Part shown: positions 1 through 12,949 of the stretch, in pieces
Numbering within the stretch: position 1 is the first letter of the stretch
Layout of the letters: every line of letters begins with the position of its first letter
DNA from: Atractiella rhizophila
Taxonomy: Eukaryota
Assembly (NCBI GenBank): GCA_021432655.1
Contig: MU271626.1
Coordinates: 1-38,002 of the forward strand
Direction: 5' to 3'
DNA length: 38,002 nucleotides
Program-made: the position numbers and the translations under genes
The notes under the pieces: model-generated
Seen by the model: the letters and a program-made list of their open reading frames with translations, nothing else
Told to the model about the DNA's origin: nothing
The model's database searches: none

Positions 1-102
1 GAACCCATCATGTCCTCCTGCTCTCCTCCTTCACTGTATTATTCCGCTATAGCACTTTCATCTGAGATGGTTGAGTTTCTTCTATTGTTCGTGCTCCAGT
101 GA

Positions 103-1506
103 TCAGTCAACAATCACCTCCTCGTCCTCGACCGTGACCCAACTACTCTTTCCACTACTCTTCCTACTCAATTCTCCACTCCCCTCACCAACGCCGTGCG
201 ATCCACCCCTGATTGGCGTCTCCACGCCTCTCATGATCTCTCCAAACCCATCGCTCAAGTCCTCATCGCTCAAAAACAACGGCATATTGGCCGCGACGGC
301 ACCCACGCCTACACGGCTCTGGCTGCTTCCTCTCGACCTCGACATTCCCACGCCGACGCCGCCCACAGTGCCATTCGCGTTCACCCTCGAGGTGGAAGGA
401 GCCCTCGCCCTGGTGTGAGGCGGGAGAAAGGTGCTTGCGCTCGGACGGCGCGGGTGCCGGCTGAACCCAACCGCAGACGCAACTCGAGTGTTCCCTCCCA
501 AGGCAGAGGTCAAAGGTAGGAGTGTGACGATCGAGCTCGATGGAGAGCGCTGCTGTGGAGAGGACGGGGGGACGAGCGTGGGTACATAGGATGTAGAAGG
601 TGTTGTTAGCGTGGTACGTGCGGCAGAGGGGAGGGAAGAGGTCGAGTCTACTTCGGCGGGAGATATGGGGGACAGTGGGGAGGTGGACAAGGACGTGAAG
701 GATGGGAGACGAGGAGAGGGAGAGGTACTCCCGTTTGCGACTTTGGAGGCGGAGCGTGAGCGTCCGTTTGTGCCGGAAAAGGATTGGCGAGAGCGAGGTC
801 CAGAGGATGAGTATAGCACTGTGGACTGTGTGTTTGGCGGGCGATGGGTGGCCGGATAGCGCAGCGCCAAACCAGGGGTCGGATCGCCCAATCGATGATG
901 CAAGTCGTCCGTCCCAATACCGCACCTCTCACGCAACTCAATCAGCTCCCTCCTCCACCGCTCTCCATCCCTCGCGAGCGCCTCATATTCCTCCAGCCTG
1001 TTCCGCAGCTCCCTATTCTCGCTTTGCAGACTCTCGACGCTCCCACGGCGCATCGACAGCTGTGTCTGTTGCTCACTGCGCTGGGCAGAATGCGAATGTG
1101 CATGTGAATGCGGTTCGAGGGAATTGGGGGAGCCGGGCTCAAAGAATGGGGTCTGCGGGGTGGCAGGATCGGGGGGAGACAAGGAGTAGGGCTGAGGGGT
1201 GGAGGATAGCAAGGCGCGGAGTTGTGCTTGTAGCCTGGAGACGAGCTCGGAAGATTCCTGTTCGACGGTCGCTTCGAGAGCGATGCGATCGGCTCTCAGC
1301 TTCTCCAGCTTTGCATGCAGCTCTTCCACCAGACTGTGCCAGCTCAAGATTCACTTCCCGACTTGCAGATGGAAAGACACTTACCTATTCTCATCGTCGA
1401 GCAGCGCTTGGAAGAGCTCATCGTCCTCTTCGATGGAGGTGGGCAGGGTTGGCTCGACGGCTGGACAGAATGATATTCGACGCTTTGAAGTCGACGCTTG
1501 TGTCAT
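103..1506 (-). CDS. Coiled-coil protein, CCDC6/DUF2046-like, with a long Ser/Pro-rich disordered tail (2 exons, intron 1334-1384)
   Basis: ATG at 1506 (MTQASTSKRRISF...). A GTAAGT...CAG 51-nt intron joins it to the 103-1347 ORF. Heptad region LEKLRADRIALEATVEQESSELVSRLQAQL resembles the CCDC6 'LEQEqE.lVnrL' repeat. Confidence 0.55.
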
Positions 1507-1664
1507 GACCCTTGCTTCGCTGATATCTCCTGACTGTTCCAACCCGACTTATCTTTATATATGTTATCTTTGAAGTATTCACTTTGAATCTGGTCACGCA
1601 ATGGTCTCGTTGTTGCGGAATGCGGAAATGCATCAAGTGTCATTAACTTCCTTCAACATTACTC

Positions 1665-2530
1665 ATGGCAGGAAACGCCGCAACGACCAACTCGACGAAT
1701 TCCTTAGCTGTCCTTATTGACAACAGTTTATCCAGGAGAATGGACATCCAACAAGTGTTCATCCAGTCTATCCACCCCTTCCCCACCATCACACTCACCC
1801 TCCCTTCCGCGCTTCCCCTCGCCTGTCTCCCTCACCTTCTCTCACCCCTCGTCCCTGCCCACTCCTCCTCCCTCTCCTTGCTCTCAGGTCGCGCACTCCC
1901 ATCCGACGGAACGCTCTCCCAGCTCCCTCATGGCCAGACCATCCGAGTGGTACCACTCATGCGCGGTGGCAAAGGCGGTTTCGGCTCCCAGCTCCGCGCC
2001 GCTGGAGGACGGATGAGTTCGCGGAAGAGGAAGGGAGAGGAGGACTACAACTCGTGCCGAGACCTCGAGGGCAGACGGTTGGGCACGGTGAAGGAGGCTA
2101 AGAAGCTGGAGGAGTATCTGAACTCGTTGCCAGAGAGGGAGAGGAAGAGGGCGGAGGAGGAGAGGAAGAGATTAGAAGACTTGAAAGAGGAGGTCAGGAG
2201 GCTGGAGGAGAAGGTGGACGGAAAGGTGGAGGGGAGTATGACTAAGAAGAGGAAGTTGGACGCGAGCGAGGTCGAGGAAGGGAGGAAGCGGGGTGACAAA
2301 GTGAGGAATGCCCTTGGTGCTGGTATGCTATTCTGTTTTTTTTTGTTGTTGCAAGGAGAGACACTGACATCGATTCAATAGCACTGAAGAAGAAGAAACT
2401 GAATCCTGAAGACAAAAAGGAAAAGGAGAAGCCTGTCAAAGCTCCTTCTGCGGCGTCCTCATTGTCTAGCTCTGGCGAAGAGAAACAGAAGGAGGAGAAG
2501 TCATCGTCTGAGGAACCTGCGGTGGTTTGA
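1665..2530 (+). CDS. SDE2: Sde2 ubiquitin-fold splicing/silencing factor (intron ~2323-2381; start 1665 or 1740)
   Basis: Signature MRGG|KGGFGSQLRAAGGRMSSRK...SCRDLEGRRL after a ubiquitin-like N-terminal segment, followed by a basic coiled coil. Confidence 0.92.
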
Positions 2531-2795
2531 ATCATTATCTGTTTGGGGGTTTTTAATTCTTTTGCTTTGTATCCATGTTGTATAGGGGATCTCGAATGAT
2601 ATGCAGATTGAATGAATATTAATGCCTGATATTACTACACTGCGCCAGCTCCGACCTTGGACGTCTGAACTCTGAATCCTTGACTGCCTTGAAAGTTCCC
2701 CGTAAGGATCCTGACCTCTACCACAAGCTTCAACACAGCTTCCCATTGTAACAGGAAGAAAACGGCCCACCAAAAGCTGTTGTATGCGGGAGACA

Positions 2796-3289
2796 TCATA
2801 GCTGCCACATAGAGATCTTTCTCGCTCCTTCAGGCTCTTCGGCAACCCTCAGATTGGAACGTATTGGCGCTACATGGAAAATAAGTCAACACATAGCTTT
2901 CCCACTGGTAAGGAGGAGCGCACCAACAAGCGGATTCATTTGTGCGAGGTAGACGATAGCCCACCTATCGAGCCATCACAATAACATGAGAAGAAGGGAG
3001 AGCAGAGGAGGGACGGCGCACATAAGATAACAGCTGACGAGGGTTAGGAGAATGGAAGTGCGTATGACACTATTCCCACCCAAACAGGAACAGTTAGCGT
3101 CCGACGTGCATAGACAACAAGTAATAGCGCGTCAGGCCACCCTTTAAAGCAGGAACCAGAGCGAAAGGAGAAGACGCACAGAACATTGTCCGGGTTGAAC
3201 CGAAAGGCTTTCGCAGGGGTTAGGTACCAGGATGCAACTCCGGCGAGGAGCACGATGAGGCCAACGAAGGCTACGTGGGAGAAAGGCAT
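2796..3289 (-). CDS. VMA9: V-type proton ATPase subunit e (4 small exons)
   Basis: Spliced product MPFSHVAFVGLIVLLAGVASWYLTP...LVIRTSILLTLVSCYLMWAIVYLAQMNPLVAPIRSNLR contains the Vma9 'CYLMWAIxYLAQxNPL' motif. Confidence 0.88.
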
Positions 3290-3436
3290 GGCGAGGTTCT
3301 GCTTGGATGGTCCAGGTAAGTTGTGTGGGGTGTTTCATACAACGGGACAAATACGGGCACACTTTATGCTCAACTTGGTGTGGCCTTCATGGAGGTGACA
3401 CGGAACAATTGGGAACGAATACTAGTTGCATCTATA

Positions 3437-5199
3437 TCACAGAAACTTCCCACTCGCAGACGCGAATCCCATACCTTCAGACTTCCCACTCAGCTTCAAT
3501 CTCTGTCGTCCACTGTAAACCAGTTTATCGATCATTCCTGCGACCGTCAGCACACCTCCGACGATTGCACATGTCGAAGAAAGGAAGTGCGCGAGCGACT
3601 CCCGTGTCTCCGCGTGTGTTACGAGCATGGGTGAGATCTCGTACGAGAAGAAGACCCTGTTGCCTCTTTGTAAACGTCGTGGAGAGGGACAGCAGAGGAA
3701 CTAACCCTGGGACTCCAGCGTAGCCGTGGCTCGTGTGGTGCACTGCGTCCATTGGTCCACTGTCGCTACTTAAATCCCGTTCGTATTGGGTCACGCTGTA
3801 TTGATGCGTTCCTACTTCTTCGCCATTCAAAAACTTGAACTTGGTGCCGACCACCTTGAGGAAATATTGAAACATGCTTCATGCACCATATTAACGAAGA
3901 ATCGACAAATGGAGGAAAACAAACGCACTAGTTACTTTCCTCCGTGTGTGCCCGTAGACCATCGAGAGGGTTGACAATGCCCAGTTGCTCCCTATACTTC
4001 TTTTGCTTCGAATATGACGAGTCGTCCTCATACCCTCCTTCTTGTCCTGTCCCGAAACTAAATCGGTGGATAATATGCCCGAAATCGTGTTGTTTGCCTC
4101 CTTGAAGGTAGGGAACCAAATCGTGAACATGCATCGCGTTACTTTGGAACGACCTTCCCGGAGAGAGGTGAAAATTCCCGATAACTTTGTTGACGCGAAC
4201 CAAACCAGCGACATTGCACCCTTCAGTGTTCTGCTTCGCTATCTTGTCCGTCCAACCTTCCTTTACACACTAGAGATAGAATGTGTGGGTATACGCTTAT
4301 GTATGAAAAGAAACAGCCTACTTGATCAACTGAATCTGGGTTCACAAAGCTCCATCCTCTTCGAACATAAGCTTCCCGTACTTCTTCGCAGGTATTACAA
4401 CAACCGCTAGCTGGAGGTGCACCGCCGTAGCATGAGCCGCAGTCTAGCCTGGGCTTGAGTACTCTTTCTGTGTGGTTGCAACAAGTGAAAAGACAAACAA
4501 TTCGGGTCGTTGGATGCAGCGACACGCTCAAACTCTCCCTTCAAACCTGAAAAGTAAATGTCAACAACGTTGTCCACAATGCATGGAAAGTGTACCCTTA
4601 ATGCCCACAGCCTCGACCGGGTTTCCTTGTTGATCTAATCGTGTTTTGGTGATGTCGTGGTTCACATCTGTTTGAAGCGTCAGCAAATATGGGAAAATGC
4701 AATTTAAGTAATTACCATTTTGGTGCTCCCCGCTAATGTCCATAATGTCAATGCTAAGCACTGCGGAAGAAGTCAACATATTCCACAAGTAATGGTGTCA
4801 ATATAACTCACAATAGCATGGCACTCTCGGAAAAGTGATATTCATTGACACACTCAGTTTCTCTCCCCGGCTCTTGTCGACTACGATTGACGGTCTCAGC
4901 GTTATCCGTCGGTAGTCGAGAAGTTCAATGAGAGTAAGGGCGAGGATTAGGCAGAAAGAGAAGAGTGTGACTGTAAGGAAATAGCAACAGCACCCAATCC
5001 AACCAGAAATGTTGTTACTGCGCCAAGTTCCACGTAGGCAGAAAGAGCACTAACGCATTCCACCAAAGCCAGTCTTGACCTTTACATCCTCCATGGTCTA
5101 CAATGTACGTTACACCCATTCCCGTCATTCCAACAGAACGCATACCTTGCCAAAGGCATCCAGGCCTCTGAAGGACTGCGCGAAAAGTCCTCGAGCCAT
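3437..5199 (-). CDS. ERV46: ER-Golgi vesicle protein Erv46/ERGIC3 (multi-exon)
   Basis: N-terminal LDAFGKTMEDVKVKTGFGG; CGSCYGG...CCNTCEEVREAY; VNKVIGNFHLSPGRSF; MFQYFLKVVGT; FLSSTCAIVGGVLTVAGMID. Confidence 0.93.
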
Positions 5200-5597
5200 T
5201 TTGAAGTCGATTCACCACAACCGCACGTGGAGGTTTGGAGGGTGTCAGGGGGGGTTAAGAGGGCAAGGGCTGTTGGAAACCGCGTTGATTGGAGCTGTTT
5301 CCAAACTGTGTAGCGAGGTCGTGAATAGTGAGCAGGATCCGCAGAAGTTTGGCGAGGAAGGCTCAAGTTCGGGTGGTCGGAAAAAGACGATCTTCAATCA
5401 ACTTTCCCTGGATCTACCATCGCTGTCGCCTCAAATCTGAGAGTCACAAAGATTTTATTCCGCAAGGATTACTTGTAAGCGTGCTCAAAAGATCTATTTC
5501 TCGGATGCTAATCAGGCGGATCAGATAAAACATCTTACTGGTACTCGTCCCGAGTCCTGTTGAGCACAGATATCTGATCGCAAGGGCAGATATAAAA

Positions 5598-6071
5598 ATG
5601 GGAGTTGAAATCGAGAGAATCAGTCCCGGTGACGGAAAGACGTACCCCAAAAAGGGACAGACCGTTGTCATTCACTACGTCGGAACACTCACCGATGGCT
5701 CGAAATTCGACTCCAGTCGCGATAGAGGAAGCCCCTTCGAGACTCCCATTGGAGTTGGCCGCGTTGTCCGTGGATGGGATGAAGGTAATTCTGTCGTATT
5801 AATTTTGATCTTGCGACTCGTACTCACGGAGCGATAGGCGTCGTACAACTATCTGTTGGAGGTATGACGTCTCAAACTATATCAATTAATTTGATGCGAG
5901 TTGCGAACAGAGAAAGCGCGCCTTATCTGCTCTGCCGATTACGCTTACGGAGCCAAGGGTATGTGCAACTTTCTTTCTCTCCTTAAGCTGATCTTTCAAT
6001 TAGGATATCCCCCGATCATCCCCCCAAACGCGACCCTTACGTTCGAAGTTGAGCTCTTAGCCATTAAGTAA
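5598..6071 (+). CDS. FPR1: FKBP12 peptidyl-prolyl isomerase (4 coding exons; probably two 5'UTR introns at ~5475-5523 and ~5541-5589)
   Basis: [44 protein letters not shown]...GWDEG...[28 protein letters not shown]. Confidence 0.96.
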
Positions 6072-6731
6072 TCGATCTAGTGCACGTGAGCTATGATTTC
6101 TATCAAAAGTGGGTCTTGGGGTAATTATGGCTCTGGAGGATTTGAAAGATTGTTTGAATTGTCTTGTCGACCTGGCTGAGAAACTGTTGTTGTATGGGTG
6201 GCCTGTTTCTACTTATCTGAAGGATATCGTCCACATAAAGAATGACACGGTCCCTTTACATCCGTCATATGCATGGCCTTATCTACTGAAGGGCTGACTT
6301 AAGATCTCGTCCCGATATCAGTGATCAATGCAAGAAGAGCTGGCAGGGGTGAGTGCCGCATTCGTGAACTTTATCTTGGATCGTTGCTCCTCACAAAAAT
6401 TTTCGCAACAAAACCAACACCAGAGGTTCGTGGCGAGTAGGCATCTGCAACTGCATATTCTAGGAATACAGTACACGCGGGGAAAGGCGTTGTTGTTAAG
6501 TTTAGCATCTTAGGGATTTGGTGCTGGAGTGGTAAAGACACCGCATTGGTTACTTGTTTGGAGCTTGCAATAGGTACGGTTCTGCAAATATGTGATATGG
6601 GTGCTGTTGTAAACTCTGCCATCAATGCGTTGAACTTGCTGCGACGCACTTAGAGTACAGTTTGGAGCAAAACTGACAAATTGTTGTCTTCTTGCTGTAG
6701 AGCTTACATTGGAGCTTCCAACTTGCTCAGG

Positions 6732-9700
6732 ATGCCTCGTAAACCTCTGTAAACCATTAGCTGCTGCTCAGGGAGCCATTCTGACGTGCTTGAAGAGACG
6801 ACCGAATACTTGACCTCATTTCGCGAGGCATCGAAAACAACCACCGGTCTTTCATAGTGCTCGTGGGAGACCGCGCAAAGGCCCACAATCAAATTGTCAA
6901 CTTGCATTTTTTGCTGGCGCAGAAGCAGACCACCCGGCCGAATGTCCTGTTTTGCTACAAAAAGGAGCTTGGTTTCACAACCAATCGCAAAGTTCGACAA
7001 GAGAAGATCAAGCGGGATGTCAAGCGCGGAATCCGAGATCAAAATGATATGGACCCCTTCGAGCTTTTCGTTTCAGTGACAGATATTCGATACACATACT
7101 ACAAGGACACCCACAAAATACTTGGTCAGACCTTCGGAATGCTCGTACTGCAAGATTTCGAAGCAATCACCCCCAACATTCTCGCGAGAACCATTGAAAC
7201 TGTGAAAGGCGGCGGCCTTGTTGTCCTCATCCTGCAGGGAATGCGGAACTTAAGGCAACTCTACAGTATGTCGATGGACGTCCATGATCGCTATCGTACA
7301 GAGTCTTCAGAAGATCCCGTCCCTCGTTTCAACGAACGATTCATCCTTTCTCTCGGTAATAACCTGGGCTGCTTAGTAGTAGATGACGAACTTAATATTC
7401 TACCTATTTCTCAGACCGACCGAGTGAAACCAGAATCAAAGCCGAATCGCCAATCAGAGGATCTTGCAAAGGTCAAAGAAAGCTTAAAAGACGTTGTCCC
7501 CACTGGGCCAGTAGTCAACGAAGCGAAAACGGTGGATCAGGCGAAGGCGCTCTTACTGTTCTCGGAAGCAATAACAGATCGGCGAGCGTCTTCCATGGTG
7601 GCGTTGACAGCTGGTCGAGGTCGTGGAAAGTCAGCGGCGCTCGGGTTGGCACTTGCTCTGGCGATTGCAAATTCGTATGCCAATATATACGTGACATCGC
7701 CTTCTCCAGAGAATTTAGGAACGCTCTTCGAGTTCCTCTTCAAAGGGTTGGATCAGCTTGGATACAAAGAACATCTCCATTACGATGTCGTTCAATCGAC
7801 GTCCACAGCTTGGAAAGGTGCAGTCGTTCGAGTCAACCTTTTTAGAAATCATCGTCAGACAATTCAAGTAAGCTGTCTAAAGTATCACAGTAAATCTAAG
7901 CATGACATCGTGTGCAGTACATTCGACCAGAAGATTCGCAAGTCCTAGGTCAAGCTGAGCTTCTCGTGATTGACGAAGCAGCAGCCATCCCCCTTCCACT
8001 CGTCCGCGCTCTGCTAGGACCATATCTTGTTTTCATGTCGTCGACCGTTAGTGGATATGAAGGGACCGGTCGTTCACTTTCCCTGAAACTGCTACAGCAA
8101 CTACGGAAGGCAGCTACAGAACCTTCTTCTGTCCAAGGAGGAAAGGATCCTGTACGAAAAGATGTGAAGGTATTTCGAGAAACCAATTTGGAGGAACCGA
8201 TACGTTATGGGCGAGACGACCCTGTGGAGGCTTGGCTCAATCAGCTGTTGTGCCTGGATACGAAAATAGGCTCGTCTCTCACCAGCAAGAACCCGCAAGG
8301 CTGCCCACATCCCTCGACCTGTGAACTTTATTACGTAGAACGGGACACCCTTTTCTCTTTCCATCCTGCCAGTGAAGCATTTCTCCAGCGGATGATGGGC
8401 CTGTATGTCTCTAGCCACTACAAAAATTCTCCCAACGACTTGCAGCTCATGTCTGATGCGCCGGCACACAACCTCTTCGTCCTGTTGCCTCCGATAAAAG
8501 AGGATGGCAGTCTTCCGGAGCCATTAGTTGTCCTCCAGGTACACCGCTTGCCGTTTAAAGTGTGGTCTGATGTGCTTTAGGTTGCTCTCGAGGGTCGCAT
8601 TTCACGTGAGGCAATTAGGAAGTCACTCTCTCGCGGATTGCAACCTGGAGGAGATCTCATTCCATGGACCCTTTCCCAGCAGGTGCGCAGGAGATTTTCA
8701 TCGTTCACTCGCTGAGAAGTTACTATAGTTTCAAGATGACGAATTCGCATCTCTTTCTGGTGGCAGAGTTGTCCGAATTGCGACACACCCTGACTACGCT
8801 TCAGTGCGTACTGTCTTTGCATCGTGGTTGAAGCCTAAACAGAATTTAGATGGGCTACGGATCCCGGGCTTTACAAATTCTAAAGGACTTTTATACCGGC
8901 AAACTGCTCAATCTCGATGAATCTGCACAAGTGCCTCGTTTCGAGAGCTTCAAGGACGCTTCCCTGAAGAATTCGGTATGGATAAGATATGCAGCATAAT
9001 TGTGCCTAACAGGTGGGCAGGATGCTAACCTCCAATCCGAGTCAATCACTATTCGAGATGTCTCCAAAATGCCTGCTCTCTTGCAACGGCTATCAGACCG
9101 TCGACCCGAACCTCTAGACTATCTAGGCGTTTCGTTTGGTCTCACATCTCAACTGTTCAAATTCTGGAAGCGATGTGGCTATGCGCCTCTGTACCTTCGA
9201 CAAACGCAGAACGAGCTCACTGGTGAACACACATGCATAATGCTCACAAACCTAGAAAACAATGACACGAAGCCTTGGCTGCACTCCTTTGCGGATGGCA
9301 TGTTTTACCTGTCCCCACGTCCTATTTGCTGACACCCTTCTACTCAGATTTTCGTCAGCGCTTTCTAGCACTGATATCCTTCCCATGCTTCGCCGACCTA
9401 CGTTCAATCACGGCTCTGAGTTTTCTGGATGCTCTTCCCCCGCCCAAAAGTACAGCAGGTGTGTCTCAGGTCACCCTGAGGCGAACTCTACTTATCCTTT
9501 ATCCAGCGACATCCCAAGAAATACGCACTATGCTCACACCATTTGACCTGAAACGTCTGAGCGCATACGGCAATAATCTGCTAGATTATCATGTCATTGT
9601 CGATCTGCTACCTAGAATAGGACTACTGTTCTTCTCAGGCAGGTTACCTCCAGATTTTGATCTCTCGGGTGTCCAAAAGTCTATCCTACTTGCACTCAGC

Positions 9701-10023
9701 CTACAGCGCAAATCAATTGAAGCAATAGAAGTGAGTTATCCCTTTTGGTTTCATGACACGCTCACATGGTTGCAGGCGGAGTTAAACCTTCCAGTGAACC
9801 AGATTTTGGCTCTTTTAGTCAAAATCATACGGAAGGTTGCCACGCTCTTTACCCAACTCTCAGCCGACGAGCAGGCTCCTTCAGCAGGGTGAGGTAGCTT
9901 ATTTCCCCATGGAAATCAAATCTGATTTGTTGCTGCAGAGAAAAGCCCCTCGCAGAGGACATGGATGTCGACGAAGCACCACCGGACCGGCCAAAGAAGA
10001 AAAAACGGAAAGAGCGAGCGTAG
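6732..10023 (+). CDS. KRE33: RNA cytidine acetyltransferase Kre33/NAT10 (multi-exon)
   Basis: MPRKPL|DDRILDLISRGIENNHRSFIVLVGD; LQDFEAITPNILARTIETVKGGG; Walker A TAGRGRGKSAALG; IDEAAAIP; GYEGTGRSL; SHYKNSPNDLQLMSDAPAH; GNAT RIATHPDY..MGYGSRAL; basic C-terminal PKKKKRKERA*. Confidence 0.96.
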
Positions 10024-10505
10024 TCGTTGGCAGAGAAGCCACATCCGACGAGGTTGTTGACTCCATCTAGTACCTCAACGAGGACTTCGTGCAAGACATT
10101 GAAGAAGATCAGCTTGTTACAACACCTGGAGCTATCGAACTCATGTCACTGAACCCTTGCTTGCGTAGTTCTGCTTCGAAGGTGAAGACTGTAAACCAGC
10201 ACATTTTCGAATTACAATCAGTTCAATCAATATAAGAGTAGCAAAACTAAAAGCTTCGCGCCTTTTGTTTCCACTTCTGTGTAACTTTCACAAGCGCAGT
10301 CTACTGACATCTGGGAGCAAAAGTTTCACAGCAATGCCCAGCAGGAGTCATTGCAACCAGCCAGCAGAAAAGAGCAGCAGGAAGGATGACGGGATAATGA
10401 GCATAAAAAACATGTGCAACATGACAGGGAGTCACGAAACTTTGACTTGCGGTCGGATTATGATGCTCCGAATTGAGAACAGATATTCGTGACGAGGACG
10501 ACAAA

Positions 10506-11335
10506 ATGTTTGCTCTCTGGCTTTCCCTACTCCTTTTCGCCCTCTCGCGAGCGCAGGACTTCCCGTACAACGTCACAGATATTACCGGAACCTGGTGCTC
10601 AGGCTGGGGGAATACGGTCGTTACAGGTCCCGTACGTCTTGTACCCTCATCATTCTACCCACCGACATCTAGCAGGCATTCGCCAATCCTCTCAACTTCA
10701 CATTCAACCCTCCGGAGACAAGAGGAATATCGTACAGCTTTACCGGTGATGGGTTTTATGAAGAAGCGCAGTATCGCTATCTAAGCAATGGTCCGTGTTC
10801 CCATCGTCATGTATTTTTGGGACGAGAAAGGAGTGACAACCCCTTGGTGGACAGCATCGGACCCAAGTTGCCCCAAAGTCATTCTTATCTGGCAGCATGG
10901 CACATATAATCTCCACTCTAATCAGTCAATTACTACCCTCCCGATTCCAGAGGATGGAAGGATCAGGATAGACGACCCCTGCGCTGGACAGACTTCCACC
11001 GTCTACTATTATAATGAACCTGGTCTCTACACTAACTGGACGATCACCATCTCGGAGAATCATCAACAGTACATGCTCCAGCTTGCCCGATATGATGGAG
11101 CACTCTTGCCGCGGATGTATCTGACATATAAACCGTATGCTAATCCCCCTTTTTGAGGAAGGTGAAGGGTTGAAGTTTGTCCCAAAGGCCAATGATGTAT
11201 CCCCCTTATCAAATCACGACCAACATCACTCTTGCGGATCAGAGCTTGTGCGTTATTTCTGTTTCCATGCTCGTTCAGAAGGGTACTGAATGTCGCCGCA
11301 GGATCAACCAATACACCAATTACGGTAAGAAGTAA
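10506..11335 (+). CDS. ROT1: ER chaperone Rot1 (multi-exon)
   Basis: Signal peptide followed by ITGTWCSGWGNTVVTGP, GISYSFTGDGFYEEAQY, CPKVILIWQHGTY, DGRIRIDDPC and PRMYLTYKPPMMYP, all Rot1 family motifs. The 3' end is less certain. Confidence 0.85.
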
Positions 11336-11574
11336 TGGCTCTGCCGCAAACTCGCGATTGTACACTGGTCTACCTCTCTTTAATCCACGGACATTTCTGT
11401 TTTTCCTTCCGCTGAGTATAGGATGAACCTTTTCCTCAGATTTCTGAGTACTTGGACGCTTTCTCACCCTGTATATCCCTGTTTTTTTTGCGTACTGCAA
11501 TGCTTCATTGGCTTCGCCACGCTTACACATGGAGCATGTTTCAATTAAATTGAAAGAATGTCGAACGCGTCTAT

Positions 11575-12818
11575 TCATGCCACCACGTCACTGACATTTT
11601 CCCACTTCCCCTTCAGATCCTCCTTCCAAAGTGTGACTTTCCCATCTCCACTTGCGACAGCGAGAACATTGCCTGCTACAGACCATGAAACACGCCAAAC
11701 CACGTCAGGGAACTGGTTCGAGTTTCCAACCTGGAGGTGGGTTTTCGACCAAGCGGCTTTAGGAGAATCTTGCGTCCAGATTATCACTTGCTTGTCCTGT
11801 TCACGAGCTGAGTAGAGGGCTTTGACGAGAGAAGAGAACGGACCTGTCCAGCAGTAGCGATGTAGCTCTTGGGAAGTCCGATATTTGGAGCCCATGCCAC
11901 ATCTCGGACCCAATCTGAATGACCCTCCAGCACATCCTCCTCCGCCCAAGACTTCGAATCCTCCCTATGTTCACGCGCACAATCAATATGATACTCAACA
12001 TGCCTGTGGCAAGAAGTCCACCAACCTCCAGGCCCAGAGTTTGACCATCCCATCGCAGCCACCCGATGCGAAGCGTCTAATCTTCGTCACTGTCGAGGCT
12101 TGATTTTGTAGGCGTGGAGCAGTTGAGGGTACCAAAGAGCCACTCGGTGTAGCTGGTGCCCAGCTGACAGCGTTCGCTCCGATTGTGTGCGCAGGGAACA
12201 TCTGTGCATCCCAAGTGCCATCATCTAAAGGTCCGCATCTCAGCGCCCTCAGTTAAGAAAGAAGAATAAAGACCCACTGTTAAATGTCAACACACTCACT
12301 TTCCCGTCGCTCGAAGCGCAGGCGAGGATGGGGCCAAGTTCGTGAGGTGCCCAAGAGATGGAGTTTACGCTCGCCGAATGAAGAGTGTGCTCTTTTATTC
12401 TGTTCCATCCTCCTCCATGCTCCGTCTCCTTCCATACTATCACTTTCCCGTCGTAGGAGCAAGAAGCGAGGATGTTCCCGAACGAGGGATGAGCAAATGA
12501 GAGTTGCCACACTGGTCCTTCGTGCCTTTCGGTTTTGAATGCTGTCAGCCACGAGAAAAGGGAAGAAGTAGGAAGCAGTACCCTCGTAGTGTGTCGATAA
12601 GTTTGTGACTTCCGTCCGGCAGAATGTCGAAAATCTTCACTGTTCTGTCAGAAGAGCAAGTCGCAAGACGTGTCGAATAGTAGTCGAGTTGAGCATCATG
12701 CTGCAGACCGCAGGCCGCTATTTCAGCTGACTGAAAAATTAGAGAGCACACTCACGATCATGTCCTCATGCTGAGTCTCGATCTGCGTAGGTCCAGCTTG
12801 ACTTTGCTTGCTCGTCAT
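11575..12818 (-). CDS. SEC13: WD40 protein Sec13 (COPII/nuclear pore)
   Basis: [108 protein letters not shown]. Confidence 0.96.
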
Positions 12819-12949
12819 GATATAAGTATGTGGTGGAATAAGATGAACCACCTCAGTTGCAAAGGTCACGTGTCCACTTGCTTTCAACCCTCACTCCAAC
12901 AACGAACTTGACCCAGAGAACAACAAACGGCGAAACGAACTATTCTCAA

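Noticed and set aside
71..1573. Several long + strand ORFs (e.g. 702-1508)
   Set aside because: Antisense shadows of the GC-rich minus-strand gene, with no family motifs.
6075..6730. Acetylation-guide snoRNA (snR45/U13) or TPP riboswitch upstream of KRE33
   Set aside because: No C/D box pair with 18S 3'-end complementarity. TGAACTTG is present but the CTGAGA and ATACC core of TPP aptamers is missing.
10024..10500. Small gene or ncRNA between KRE33 and ROT1
   Set aside because: Only short ORFs and weak hairpins, with no convincing motifs or snoRNA boxes.
11700..11735. tRNA T-loop-like GGTTCGAG
   Set aside because: Lies within a SEC13 coding exon and has no cloverleaf.
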